Source: Acidimicrobiia bacterium (lineage in GTDB: Bacteria > Actinomycetota > Acidimicrobiia > Spongiisociales > UBA5794). Taken from it: a stretch of DNA of 41,303 bases. Every line of letters starts with the position of its first letter. Within the stretch, counting starts at the first letter, position 1. The stretch lies in assembly GCA_041608315.1 (NCBI GenBank), contig JBFISZ010000002.1, positions 1 to 41,303 of the forward strand, given 5' to 3'. A program made the translations under genes and the position numbers. The notes under the pieces were generated by a model. The model was not told where the DNA came from, searched no databases, and was given only the letters and a program-made list of their open reading frames with translations. Positions 25,148 to 34,023 of this stretch are shown here, piece after piece.

Positions 25148-25414
25148 ATGGCCAACATTGCATCACAGATCAAGCGCAACCGGCAGAACGCAGCTCGATA
25201 CGAGCGCAACAAGTCGGCTCGTTCCGAGCTCAAGACCCGGATCCACAACGCGATCGAAGCTGCCGAGTCGGGCGATCGTGCCGCGGCCACCGAGCAGCTG
25301 AGGAGCGCGCAGAAGTACATCGACAAGGCCGCCGCCAAGGGCCTCATCCACAAGAACACGGCGGGCCGCCGCAAGGCGCGCCTCGCCAAGCAGGTGGACA
25401 GCCTCCTCGGCTAG
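25148..25414 (+). CDS. rpsT: 30S ribosomal protein S20
   Basis: 88 aa, MANIASQIKRNRQNAARYERNKSARSELKT...KGLIHKNTAGRRKARLAK. In the track it is embedded at the end of the artefactual 494-aa ORF 23930..25414. Confidence 0.95.
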   Translation: MANIASQIKRNRQNAARYERNKSARSELKTRIHNAIEAAESGDRAAATEQLRSAQKYIDKAAAKGLIHKNTAGRRKARLAKQVDSLLG

Positions 25415-25425
25415 TCCCCCACAGG

Positions 25426-25914
25426 ATGGACTCCATGACCGACATCGCCAAGACCTGGCTGACGCCGGCAGCTCACCAGAAACTCGTGGATGAGCTGCAA
25501 TACCTGACGACCGAGGGTCGCGCCGTGATCGAGCAGCGCATCGCCGAGGCTCGTAGCCACGGCGACCTTCGGGAAAACGCCGAGTACGACACCGCCAAGA
25601 ACGATCAGGGGCTGATGGAAGCCCGCATCCGCCAGATCAAGGCGACGCTCGACAACGCCGAGATTGCCGAAGCCTCCAACGACGGCAGGGTCGACGTCGG
25701 TTCGGTGGTAACCGTCATCGACGACGACGGCGACGAGATGGAGCTCTTCGTGGCGCCACCGGAGAACAAGGTCGACGGCATGCTGCTCGCCTCGCCCTCC
25801 AGCCCGCTGGGCGGTGCCCTCATGGGCGCTAAGCCGGGCGCCACCGTCAGCTTCGAGGCTCCCGGCGGCACCTTCAAGTACGAAGTCAAGGCGGTCCGCC
25901 CGTACGACGGCTAA
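25426..25914 (+). CDS. greA: transcription elongation factor GreA
   Basis: WLTPAAHQKLVDELQYL...AEARSHGDLRENAEYDTAKNDQGLMEARIRQIK forms the coiled-coil domain. A C-terminal FKBP-like domain follows. The start is ATG 25426, or 25435 as an alternative. Confidence 0.93.
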   Translation: MDSMTDIAKTWLTPAAHQKLVDELQYLTTEGRAVIEQRIAEARSHGDLRENAEYDTAKNDQGLMEARIRQIKATLDNAEIAEASNDGRVDVGSVVTVIDDDGDEMELFVAPPENKVDGMLLASPSSPLGGALMGAKPGATVSFEAPGGTFKYEVKAVRPYDG

Positions 25915-25945
25915 CCGCCGGGGTGCAATTCCGCTCCGTCACCCC

Positions 25946-26869
25946 TCAGTTGACGAGCAGCACCACCGCGAGCATCGCCAGGCCGACGCCGGCCACCTGG
26001 GTGCGAGACAGCCGCTCTTTCAGCACGACCATGGCCACCATTGCGGTGACGGCCGGATAGAGCGACGACAGCACTGAGACAATGCCAAGCGGACCGCGCT
26101 GGAGAGCCGCCGCGATGAGCAGGTTGGCGGCCATATCGAAGAGGCCGGCACCGGCGATCCACCGCAAACTCGCCCCGCCGGGTCGGGTGGGCGGCTCGAG
26201 GAGCCTATGCAACAGGAAGCCGAGCGGAATCGTTGCCGCCCGGGCGCCGACCAGCGGCCAGAAGCCGCTCGCTTCTGCGGTTTGCGCGATGGCCACGAAG
26301 AACGTGCCGAACCCGGCGCCAGCAGCAACCGCCATAACCAGCAGACGCGGGCTCAGTCGCTTGTGAGAACGCTCCCGGGCGATCGTCACGATGGCGACCA
26401 GTGCGATCACGATGCCGATGACGGCCAGGGTGCTCAGTTCGCCGCCCGTGGCCAGATCGACAATCACCGGCAGGATGGCCGACGTTGCCGCCGCAACCGG
26501 CGATACCACTGCCATGGTTCCCTCGGCGAGCGAGCGATAAAGCAGCCCCAGGCCGATCGCTCCGCCAACGCCGGCGATGACCCCCCACACAATGTCGCCG
26601 GCCGTGACTATGTCGGCGGGAAACAGCAGCAGCCCGAGGACCAGGGCGGCAACTCCCAAAGACTGTGACCACGCCATCACACCCCACGGCGGCAGTCGCT
26701 TGGAGGCGTAGCCGCCCGAGAAGTCGGCGAGTCCGTAGGAGACTGCGGCACCGATAGCGAGGATGAAAGTCACGGAGGGGGACGCTAGCCCCGCACGAGA
26801 GTCCGGCGGACCAGGCCCTGAATCGAGCGCACCGGGGCAGCCGGTACGATTACGCCATGTGCGTCCCAT
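25946..26869 (-). CDS. EamA/DMT-family transporter
   Basis: About 10 TM segments in two EamA-like halves (ILAIGAAVSYGLADFSGGYASKRL...). The start is uncertain. ATG 26869 adds a polar leader, and GTG 26773 (VTFILAIG) is plausible. Confidence 0.8.
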   Translation of the reverse strand: MGRTWRNRTGCPGALDSGPGPPDSRAGLASPSVTFILAIGAAVSYGLADFSGGYASKRLPPWGVMAWSQSLGVAALVLGLLLFPADIVTAGDIVWGVIAGVGGAIGLGLLYRSLAEGTMAVVSPVAAATSAILPVIVDLATGGELSTLAVIGIVIALVAIVTIARERSHKRLSPRLLVMAVAAGAGFGTFFVAIAQTAEASGFWPLVGARAATIPLGFLLHRLLEPPTRPGGASLRWIAGAGLFDMAANLLIAAALQRGPLGIVSVLSSLYPAVTAMVAMVVLKERLSRTQVAGVGLAMLAVVLLVN

Positions 26870-26902
26870 CCATCTCCCGCCTCACCGGGCAGGCAGCCTG
26901 AC

Positions 26903-27364
26903 TTGCGCCGCGCCGTCCTCTTTCGCAGCGTCACCCGGGCGCTGGGCGGCGAGGTAGTTGTGCGCGAGGCGGCCTATGTGTGGAAACGACACAAATGGAT
27001 GGTGCCGTACGCCGCGACGGTCTTCGCCGCGGTGACGCTGCTGACGCCGATTGGGGGTATCGAGGACTGGCCAACGAGAGTCGCGATCGGGGCTGCAGCC
27101 GTCGCGGTGGCCGTCACCGCAACCACGGACTACTCGGTCGTCGCCCAGACCGACGACGGGTTGGCTCTGTTCAAGGCGAGCAAGATCCGCCAGGTCGCAA
27201 CGGAGCTGCGGGAGCGCTTGCCCGGCGACGTCGAGGTGACACCGGTGGGAGGCACCCTGCTGGCTACCGATTGGCAAGTGGGTGAGCGCGTCTTCACGGT
27301 GCCCCGCAGCTCAGAACAGGCGATGAGCCGGATGGCGGCCGCCGGCCCAACCGACACCCGCTAG
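26903..27364 (+). CDS. hypothetical small membrane protein
   Basis: The ORF has two hydrophobic segments (VPYAATVFAAVTLLTPIGGI, VAIGAAAVAVAVTAT) and a soluble tail. The track start is TTG 26903, and ATG 26999 (MVPYAAT) is an alternative. A strong hairpin terminator follows. Confidence 0.5.
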   Translation: MRRAVLFRSVTRALGGEVVVREAAYVWKRHKWMVPYAATVFAAVTLLTPIGGIEDWPTRVAIGAAAVAVAVTATTDYSVVAQTDDGLALFKASKIRQVATELRERLPGDVEVTPVGGTLLATDWQVGERVFTVPRSSEQAMSRMAAAGPTDTR

Positions 27365-27392
27365 AGCACGAACGCATCCGCACATACGAAAT

Positions 27393-27421
27393 GTGGGGCG
27401 GGCCCTCGCGGCCCGCCCCAC
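27393..27421. terminator. bidirectional GC-rich hairpin between convergent genes
   Basis: 12-bp perfect stem GTGGGGCGGGCC / GGCCCGCCCCAC with the 5-nt loop CTCGC. It sits between the stop at 27364 (+) and the dctP stop at 27445 (-). Confidence 0.6.
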
Positions 27422-27444
27422 TCGCTTCAGTTGGACGGTCTTCT

Positions 27445-28683
27445 CTACAGCAGTGCGGCCCGGAGCATCGACGACTCGGCGAGCGAGTGCCACTCCTGCA
27501 CCTTGTCGCGGAACTCACGCCAGGGAGCGAGGATCTCGGCGAATGCACCGTCGCCGGCGGCGACGTCGTCGAGCACCGTCTCGAAGTCGGTCTTGAACGC
27601 GGTCAGCACATCGTCGGGGAATTCCCTGATCTCGGCGACCGCCTTGACCTGCTCCAACGCGTCCGAGTTGAGGACGTCGTACTTGGCCATCGTGCCGATG
27701 TTGGCCGCCTTGGCAGCGTTGTCGACCGCAGCCTGGTACTCCTCCGGCAACTCGTTCCACAGCGTGAGCGGAAGCTGGACTTCCAGGCTGCTGCCGGGCT
27801 CCCACCACCCGGGGTGGTAGTTGAATACCCTGGTACCGAGCTGTCCGAGCCCCAGAATGAGGTCGTCGTAAGGCCCGACCCATTCGGCGGCGTCGATGGC
27901 GCCCGTTTCGATGGAGGCAACGATATCGCCACCCGCCACGGTCACCTGCTCCGCGCCGAGGTTGTTGAACGAGCGACCGGCCAGGCCGGGGATCCTCATC
28001 TTGAGGCCCGCAATGTCGGCAATCGAGTTGATTTCCTTGGTGAACCAACCGCCCATCTGGACGCCGGTGTTGCCGGCGGGGAATTGGATGAGCCCGAACT
28101 GCGATGCGTAGAACTCGCGCAGCATCTCGAGGCCGCCGGCCTCATAGAGCCACGCGTTCTGCTGACGGGACGTCAGACCGAACGGAACCGCCGTACCAAA
28201 CTGAGTTACGGGGCTGATGCCGACGTAGTAGTAAGAAGCTGTGTGCCCCGCTTCCACACCGCCGTCACGCACCGTCGGGAGGACTTCCAGCCCGCCGACG
28301 ATCTCGCCGGCGACCCGTGGGGTAATCGTGAACTTGCCTCCGGTCAGCTTCTTCAGCTCATCGGCGAAGATCTGGGCGCCGGCGCCGATCGTCCCGATCA
28401 GCGAGCCGGGCCAGCTCGTGGTCATCTGCCAGTCGAGCACCGGTAGATCCGACTGCGAGAGAATGGCCTCAGTGATATCGGTGACGGTGGTGTCTGTTCC
28501 CCCGCCGGCCGCTGTTGTCGTCGTGCCATCGCCGTCGCCGGAATCGCACGCTGCAAGAATCGAGCCGGCCGCGGCGAAGCCGGCTACCCCGACACCGGTT
28601 TTGATGAAGTCACGGCGGCTGAACCCCCGCCGCGCAGCCGACTCTTCGGTCGGGACCTCTTCCGTGAATTGATGTTCAGTCAT
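27445..28683 (-). CDS. dctP: TRAP transporter substrate-binding protein (DctP family, FcbT1/COG4663-like), Tat-signal lipoprotein
   Basis: The signal is SRRDFIKTGVGVAGFAAAGSILAAC, combining a twin-arginine motif with a lipobox Cys. Conserved blocks include GHTASYYY, TAVPFGL..RQQNAW, NTGVQMGGWF and IDAAEWVGPYDD. AGGAGGAG lies 8 nt upstream of the ATG. Confidence 0.9.
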   Translation of the reverse strand: MTEHQFTEEVPTEESAARRGFSRRDFIKTGVGVAGFAAAGSILAACDSGDGDGTTTTAAGGGTDTTVTDITEAILSQSDLPVLDWQMTTSWPGSLIGTIGAGAQIFADELKKLTGGKFTITPRVAGEIVGGLEVLPTVRDGGVEAGHTASYYYVGISPVTQFGTAVPFGLTSRQQNAWLYEAGGLEMLREFYASQFGLIQFPAGNTGVQMGGWFTKEINSIADIAGLKMRIPGLAGRSFNNLGAEQVTVAGGDIVASIETGAIDAAEWVGPYDDLILGLGQLGTRVFNYHPGWWEPGSSLEVQLPLTLWNELPEEYQAAVDNAAKAANIGTMAKYDVLNSDALEQVKAVAEIREFPDDVLTAFKTDFETVLDDVAAGDGAFAEILAPWREFRDKVQEWHSLAESSMLRAALL

Positions 28684-28740
28684 GGGTTTGCGCTCCTCCT
28701 GGGATCGGTGGCCATTTCTAGCACTTTGCGATTACAGATG

Positions 28741-30147
28741 TCATCCACTCGGCACAAAAAGATTGAAAGAGGCTTCGACGACTCCCGGGAAGAATCCCAG
28801 GATCACCAGGGCAATACCTTGAAGCACCATGAAAGGAATCGCTCCTTTGTGGATGTCTCCAGTCCTCACCTCATCGGGGGCGACGCTCTGCAAATAGAAG
28901 AGCGAGAAGCCCACCGGCGGTGAGATGAAGGCCATGTTCAGGTTCACCGCCATCATGACCGTGAACCAGAGCTTCTCTTGGATCGTGAAGCCCAGAGTGT
29001 CCATCGCCGGCAGGAAGATGGGCACGACGATGAACGTGATCTCGAGAAACTCCAGGTTTATCCCGAGCAGGAAGACCGCAACCATCGCCACGAGCACGAA
29101 GCCGGTCTTCCCGCCGCCGATACTCGCCAGGAAGTCTGCGGTGGCGTCCGACCCGCCGAGCTGGAGGAACATCAGTGAGAAGAACGACGAGGCGAAGAGC
29201 AGAGTCATGACGAGGATGCTGATGTTCGCCGTCGACTTGGCGGCTTCCCGCAGTGCCTTGGGCGTCAGCCGCCACCGCGGCGTGATGTGGTTGGCCCCCG
29301 CTCGGATGAGGATCTTGTCGAACCAGTAGGCGAGTACGGCGAGCAGCAGGGCACCGAAGACACCGACGGCTCCCGATTCTGAAGGAGTTGCGATGCCCTG
29401 GAAGATCGAAAACAGCACTCCGACGATCAGCATGATGATCGGCACCACGGAGAACAGCACTTCGAGCGCCAATACCTTCCCGGTCAGCGTTCGCTCCTGG
29501 ACCGACATTGCCGGTCCCATTCCCGGCCGCAGGTACGAGACGCTGATGGCGTAGCCGGCGTACAGGGCACTGAGAAGGAGCCCCGGGAGCAGGGCAGCGG
29601 CAAACAGTCCGAGGATCCCGACGCCCATCTGCTGGGCGAGGAGAATGAGCACCAGGCTCGGCGGCAGTAGCTGCGCCAGCGTGCCCGACGCGATTATGAC
29701 CCCGGTCGCCAGCTTATGGTCGTAGCCGAGACGGATCATCGTCGGCAACGACAGCAGGCCCATCACGATCACCGTGGCGGCGACAACACCGGTAGCGGCT
29801 GCCAGCAGGGTGCCGACCAGAACGACCGCGGCCGCCACGCCGCCCTTGATCGGCCCGAGCAGCATCCCGATCGCGGTGAGCAACCGCTCCGCCAGGCCCG
29901 ATCTTTCAAGGATCGCCCCCATCAAGACAAAGAAGGGCACGGCCAGCAAGGTCGGGTCCGACACCGCACCAAACCATCGGGCCGGAAGCACGTTGAGCGT
30001 GTTGGGCTCGAAGGTTCCCGTCAGATTGCCGATGAAGGAGAAGAGGAGGGCGGTAGAGGCAAACGAGAAAGCCACGTTGTACCCGATGAGGATCAACACC
30101 AAGAAGATGGCGAACATTATGAGCGAGAGGGCGACGCCGGTTTCCAC
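28741..30147 (-). CDS. dctM: TRAP transporter large permease subunit (DctM)
   Basis: 468 aa and highly hydrophobic with about 12 or more TM segments. DctM-like blocks include VPFFVLMGAILERSGLAERL. The GTG start shares 1 nt with the dctQ stop. Confidence 0.92.
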   Translation of the reverse strand: METGVALSLIMFAIFLVLILIGYNVAFSFASTALLFSFIGNLTGTFEPNTLNVLPARWFGAVSDPTLLAVPFFVLMGAILERSGLAERLLTAIGMLLGPIKGGVAAAVVLVGTLLAAATGVVAATVIVMGLLSLPTMIRLGYDHKLATGVIIASGTLAQLLPPSLVLILLAQQMGVGILGLFAAALLPGLLLSALYAGYAISVSYLRPGMGPAMSVQERTLTGKVLALEVLFSVVPIIMLIVGVLFSIFQGIATPSESGAVGVFGALLLAVLAYWFDKILIRAGANHITPRWRLTPKALREAAKSTANISILVMTLLFASSFFSLMFLQLGGSDATADFLASIGGGKTGFVLVAMVAVFLLGINLEFLEITFIVVPIFLPAMDTLGFTIQEKLWFTVMMAVNLNMAFISPPVGFSLFYLQSVAPDEVRTGDIHKGAIPFMVLQGIALVILGFFPGVVEASFNLFVPSG

Positions 30148-30866
30148 TATTCGACCCGTAGCGGTGCTTCGTAGGCGGCTACTCCCGCAAGTTCCTCATG
30201 CCCGGCCAGAACGAGGATCTGCTTGATGATCTCGGCGACGATCTGCGTTGCCATCAAAAAGAACCCGATGAGGATCAGCAGCTTGATCGGTCCCCGCGGG
30301 AGGCCCCCGGCGTCGGTCGACTGCTCCCAGACCTCCCACAACTTCCACGTCGGCCACGAGCCATCGAAGGATCGGCCCATGCCGGTGAGGGCCCAGCCCC
30401 ACAGGGCCCTCATCGCCATCACCAGGAAGGGCAGGAAGAGGAAGCTGTGGACGACCAGATCGATGATGGCCTTCTTCTTGTTCGAGAAGTCGGCCCACCA
30501 GAAGTCGATCCGGGGATTGACCCCCTCGCGCACTCCGTAGTTGAGGCCAAGGAGGAACAGAGCGCCGAACATCATCCACTGCAAGTCGAAGACCTCCCCG
30601 ACGATGATGTCACGCTCGATGAACCTCGCTACGTAGCGGGTGACCACGTTGAACAGGCCGAGCACAAAGACGACCCAAACGAGGATCCACGACGCTTTGC
30701 CGGTGAGCGTTGTCACCGCTTCGATACCCTGCCGCAGCCAATACAGCCAGCCGACGATGCCCTTGGGAACCTCAATCGGCTCGGCTTCCGCGCGATGCTT
30801 GGTGAGGGTCTCCAGCAGCTCTTCGGCAGCCGAAGTGATGTCGGGATCCGAGCCCGCGTCGCTCAA
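30147..30866 (-). CDS. dctQ: TRAP transporter small permease subunit (DctQ, long form)
   Basis: 4 TM helices, positioned directly upstream of dctM. The TTG start at 30866 is preceded by GGGAGGGG 4 nt upstream. Confidence 0.8.
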   Translation of the reverse strand: MSDAGSDPDITSAAEELLETLTKHRAEAEPIEVPKGIVGWLYWLRQGIEAVTTLTGKASWILVWVVFVLGLFNVVTRYVARFIERDIIVGEVFDLQWMMFGALFLLGLNYGVREGVNPRIDFWWADFSNKKKAIIDLVVHSFLFLPFLVMAMRALWGWALTGMGRSFDGSWPTWKLWEVWEQSTDAGGLPRGPIKLLILIGFFLMATQIVAEIIKQILVLAGHEELAGVAAYEAPLRVE

Positions 30867-30966
30867 TCGCCCCTCCCGGCGTCCAGTGCGTTAGCTTTCT
30901 CACGTTACAACAATCGCTTCTTCGGAGCACTGGAATGCGAAAGGCCGTCTCATCCGCAACGGACGA

Positions 30967-31662
30967 GTGACTACCTGGCTGGCGGCGGCAATGGTTGCGT
31001 TGGTGGCCGCCGGGTGTGCCCCGGAACCGGGTGGCACAACGGAGCCGACCTCCGCAGTGCGATTCGATCCAGCCGCCCGGGCCGTCCGCATTGAGACGAC
31101 GGGCTGCGGGTTCGCCCCGGACCGCACCGGGTCGGGGATTGCCGTCGGTGACGGCCTGGTGCTCACCGTGGCGCACCTGGTGGCGCGGGCCGACGACATC
31201 TCAGTCACGCTCGGCGACGCCGGACCGGTCGATGCGGCGGTCGCGACCGCCGACCTCGAATTGGATCTCGCCATCCTGCGCGTTCACGAGAACGGCGTGC
31301 CGCCGGTCGCGACCTCGTCTGCCGGCAGAGGTGACGACGGCCGCATCGTCGGCGGGGCGGCTTCGGGAACGGTTCCGTTCGAGGTCACAGACGTGGTCCG
31401 CATCTCGATCGAAGAGATCCTCGGCAACGAGCGTCACAAGCGCCTGGGTTACGAACTCGCCGCCGTCACAACCACCGGCGACTCAGGCGCCGGCGCCTAC
31501 GACAATGAGAACCGCCTGGTCGGAATCGTCTTCGCCACCAGCGACGACGGTGCCACGACGTGGATCACCTCGAGCGGAGAGATCGAGGCATTCCTGGCGG
31601 CCCATGATCCGGAGAGTGCCGCGATCCCGTGCAACGAAGCCGCGTCGCGGCTCGACCTCTGA
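30967..31662 (+). CDS. secreted trypsin-like serine protease, probable lipoprotein
   Basis: The lipobox is LVAAGC. Catalytic triad contexts are TVAHLV (His), DLAILRV (Asp) and TTGDSGAGAY (Ser). GTG start. Confidence 0.8.
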   Translation: MTTWLAAAMVALVAAGCAPEPGGTTEPTSAVRFDPAARAVRIETTGCGFAPDRTGSGIAVGDGLVLTVAHLVARADDISVTLGDAGPVDAAVATADLELDLAILRVHENGVPPVATSSAGRGDDGRIVGGAASGTVPFEVTDVVRISIEEILGNERHKRLGYELAAVTTTGDSGAGAYDNENRLVGIVFATSDDGATTWITSSGEIEAFLAAHDPESAAIPCNEAASRLDL

Positions 31663-31665
31663 CCG

Positions 31666-32658
31666 CTAGCGGCGCCCGCCCCCATACCAGCGGCACAGGG
31701 CGACGGTGAGGCGCTCCAGCATCACCCGGTGAGTCGCCTCGGGCTGCGACTTGAGCGCCAGATCGGCCCGCGCCAGGGCATCGACGGCGCGGCGCAAGTC
31801 CTCCCCCTTGGTGCGGTTGCGAGCCTTCCACACCTTCTCCAGGGCGTACCCGGCCCGGCCCCCGTCTTGTGCTACGAACGTCTCGTAGTCGGGAGCGGCT
31901 GCGGCCAGCGCCCGCCGGCGCAAGTCGTTGTTGAGGTAGGCGAGCAGCACGAGTGGGTGCTCGTGGTGCAGGAAATCACCGAGACGGCGCAGCGCGTCTC
32001 CGACGTGGCCCCGGCTGACGGCGTCGCCGTACATCCACACCGGCTCATCGGGGCGGTTCTTGAACCGTTCGGCCACCTCGTCTCCGGTGACCACATCGTG
32101 GTCGATCGCGAGCTGATCCAGAGCCCGACCCAGCGAGCCGACATCGGTCCCGAACACCTTGACCAATGCCTCGACCGCGCCGTCGCCGAGCCGGATGTGG
32201 CGGTCCCGAGCGGCGGTGGTCAACCAGTCTTGCGTCGATCGTTCGGTGAGTCGCTTGATCGCGATCTGCTCGGCCCGGGCCTTGAGCGTTTTGCTCAAAG
32301 GGGCGGTCACGCTGCCGGCGGCGACGAACACCGCGATCACGGCAGCCTCGTCGACGGTGGCCAGCACTTCGGCGATCACTTCTGCCTCCGCCTTCAACAA
32401 CCACTGGGAATCGACGACGAGCACCCCGATACGCTCACCGAAGAGGGAGCCGCTCTGGAGGGCCGGGATCAGGCTCTGTACCGGAAGACGGATTCCCGAA
32501 TCGGACTGCTCCTCGCCGGCTCCTCGCCCCGGAACGTCGATGCGGGTCACTTCATCGACTTCGAATTGCTCGAAAACCGCCGTGGCCCGCTGCAGCATCA
32601 CTTCTCGCTCGCCGGGGCCGGCATCGTGAGGACCGCTCACCAGCACAACTGACTTCAT
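31666..32658 (-). CDS. holA: DNA polymerase III subunit delta
   Basis: The size, about 330 aa, fits. The pattern ..DWLTTAARDRHIRLGDGAVEALVKVFGTDVGSLGRALDQLA.. and ..ADLALKSQPEATHRVMLERLTVAL.. matches delta-subunit domains II and III. Synteny with comEC/comEA and rpsT supports the call. Confidence 0.8.
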   Translation of the reverse strand: MKSVVLVSGPHDAGPGEREVMLQRATAVFEQFEVDEVTRIDVPGRGAGEEQSDSGIRLPVQSLIPALQSGSLFGERIGVLVVDSQWLLKAEAEVIAEVLATVDEAAVIAVFVAAGSVTAPLSKTLKARAEQIAIKRLTERSTQDWLTTAARDRHIRLGDGAVEALVKVFGTDVGSLGRALDQLAIDHDVVTGDEVAERFKNRPDEPVWMYGDAVSRGHVGDALRRLGDFLHHEHPLVLLAYLNNDLRRRALAAAAPDYETFVAQDGGRAGYALEKVWKARNRTKGEDLRRAVDALARADLALKSQPEATHRVMLERLTVALCRWYGGGRR

Positions 32659-32760
32659 GGCACGAGGTTAGAGCCTGGCCGGGACGTTGCCGCGGGTGCC
32701 GTGAGAACGACTTCATCTAGAATCGGAACAGGACGCGGTCACAGCGGAGGTGGGAAACCG

Positions 32761-34023
32761 ATGAGTGATGCTCTGGCGATAAGCAAGCAGATCTACGACC
32801 TCCTCGTGTCGAAATCGTCGGTGGAACCCGCCGCGATGCGGACATGGACCGGGGAAACGTGGGGCCGCACCGACGCCGCCACCACGATCGTGCTGCGCCA
32901 TCCGGGCTCGCTCAGGGCTGCGCTGCTTCCCCCGTCCGATCTCGTTTTCGGCGAGGCCTACGTCTACGACGACATCGACATCGAGGGCGAGATGTTCGGC
33001 CTGATGCGGTGGGGCGCCGAGCTCGATCCGCTGCGTTCTTCGCCGCGCGCCGTCCTGCAACTGATCAACCTGCTCCGCCGACTGCCGACCGACAACCGAC
33101 GCAAGGAAGCCACCCGCCCCACCATCCGGGGCCGTCTCCACTCACTGGGACGCGACGGGGCGGCCGTGCGCCACCACTACGACACCGGCAACGAGTTCTT
33201 CGAGCTGTTTCTCGACCCCGAGATGGTCTATTCGTGCGCCTACTTCCTCGACCCGCGAGAGTCCTTGGCCGACGCCCAGCACCGCAAGCTCGACCTGGTC
33301 TGCCGAAAACTGCAGCTGCAGCCGGGCCAGTACCTGCTGGATGTCGGCTGCGGCTGGGGGGCGCTGGTGCGCCACGCCGCGAAACAGTACGGCGTCCAGG
33401 CTGTCGGCATCACCCTGAGCCCGGAACAAGCCGCGGAAGCCAAAATGCGAGTTCGCCAGGACGGGCTGCGCGATCGCGTCACCATCAAGGTTGAGGACTA
33501 CCGGGACGTCACCGGCGAGTTCGATGCCATTGCATCTGTGGGAATGTTCGAGCACGTCGGAGGCAGCGAGCTCGAGACGTACTTCGCCAAGCTCCACGGG
33601 CTATTGACCGACGATGGAGTTCTGCTCAACCATGGCATCACCACGCGCTCGCGGCCGCGGCGCTTGGAACGCAAGAAGGCCTCTTTCGTCAACACGTACG
33701 TCTTCCCCGACGGTGAGTTGCTGCCGCTTGAAACGAGCGTCCGCATCGCCGAAGATGCCGGTTTCGAAGCCCGCGACATCGAGAGCCTCCGCCAATCGTA
33801 TGCGCTCACCCTGCACAACTGGGTCACAGAACTCGAAGAGAACCACAAGCTGGCCGTGGCGGCCGCCAACGAGCGCACCTACCGGATTTGGCGGACGTAC
33901 ATGGCGGGGTCGGCAACGGCCTTCGAGCGCGGAGCCATATCCGTCTACCAGACCATCTACACCAAGCGCGCCACACCGTGGACCTACGGACGGAGCTGGG
34001 CTACGGCGGGCGACGACTCCTGA
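32761..34023 (+). CDS. cfa: cyclopropane-fatty-acyl-phospholipid synthase family SAM-dependent methyltransferase
   Basis: HYDTGNEFFELFLDPEMVYSCAYF, the SAM motif LLDVGCGWGAL, and SVGMFEHVG. ATG 32761 is used, whereas the track start 32701 is GTG. Confidence 0.88.
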   Translation: MSDALAISKQIYDLLVSKSSVEPAAMRTWTGETWGRTDAATTIVLRHPGSLRAALLPPSDLVFGEAYVYDDIDIEGEMFGLMRWGAELDPLRSSPRAVLQLINLLRRLPTDNRRKEATRPTIRGRLHSLGRDGAAVRHHYDTGNEFFELFLDPEMVYSCAYFLDPRESLADAQHRKLDLVCRKLQLQPGQYLLDVGCGWGALVRHAAKQYGVQAVGITLSPEQAAEAKMRVRQDGLRDRVTIKVEDYRDVTGEFDAIASVGMFEHVGGSELETYFAKLHGLLTDDGVLLNHGITTRSRPRRLERKKASFVNTYVFPDGELLPLETSVRIAEDAGFEARDIESLRQSYALTLHNWVTELEENHKLAVAAANERTYRIWRTYMAGSATAFERGAISVYQTIYTKRATPWTYGRSWATAGDDS

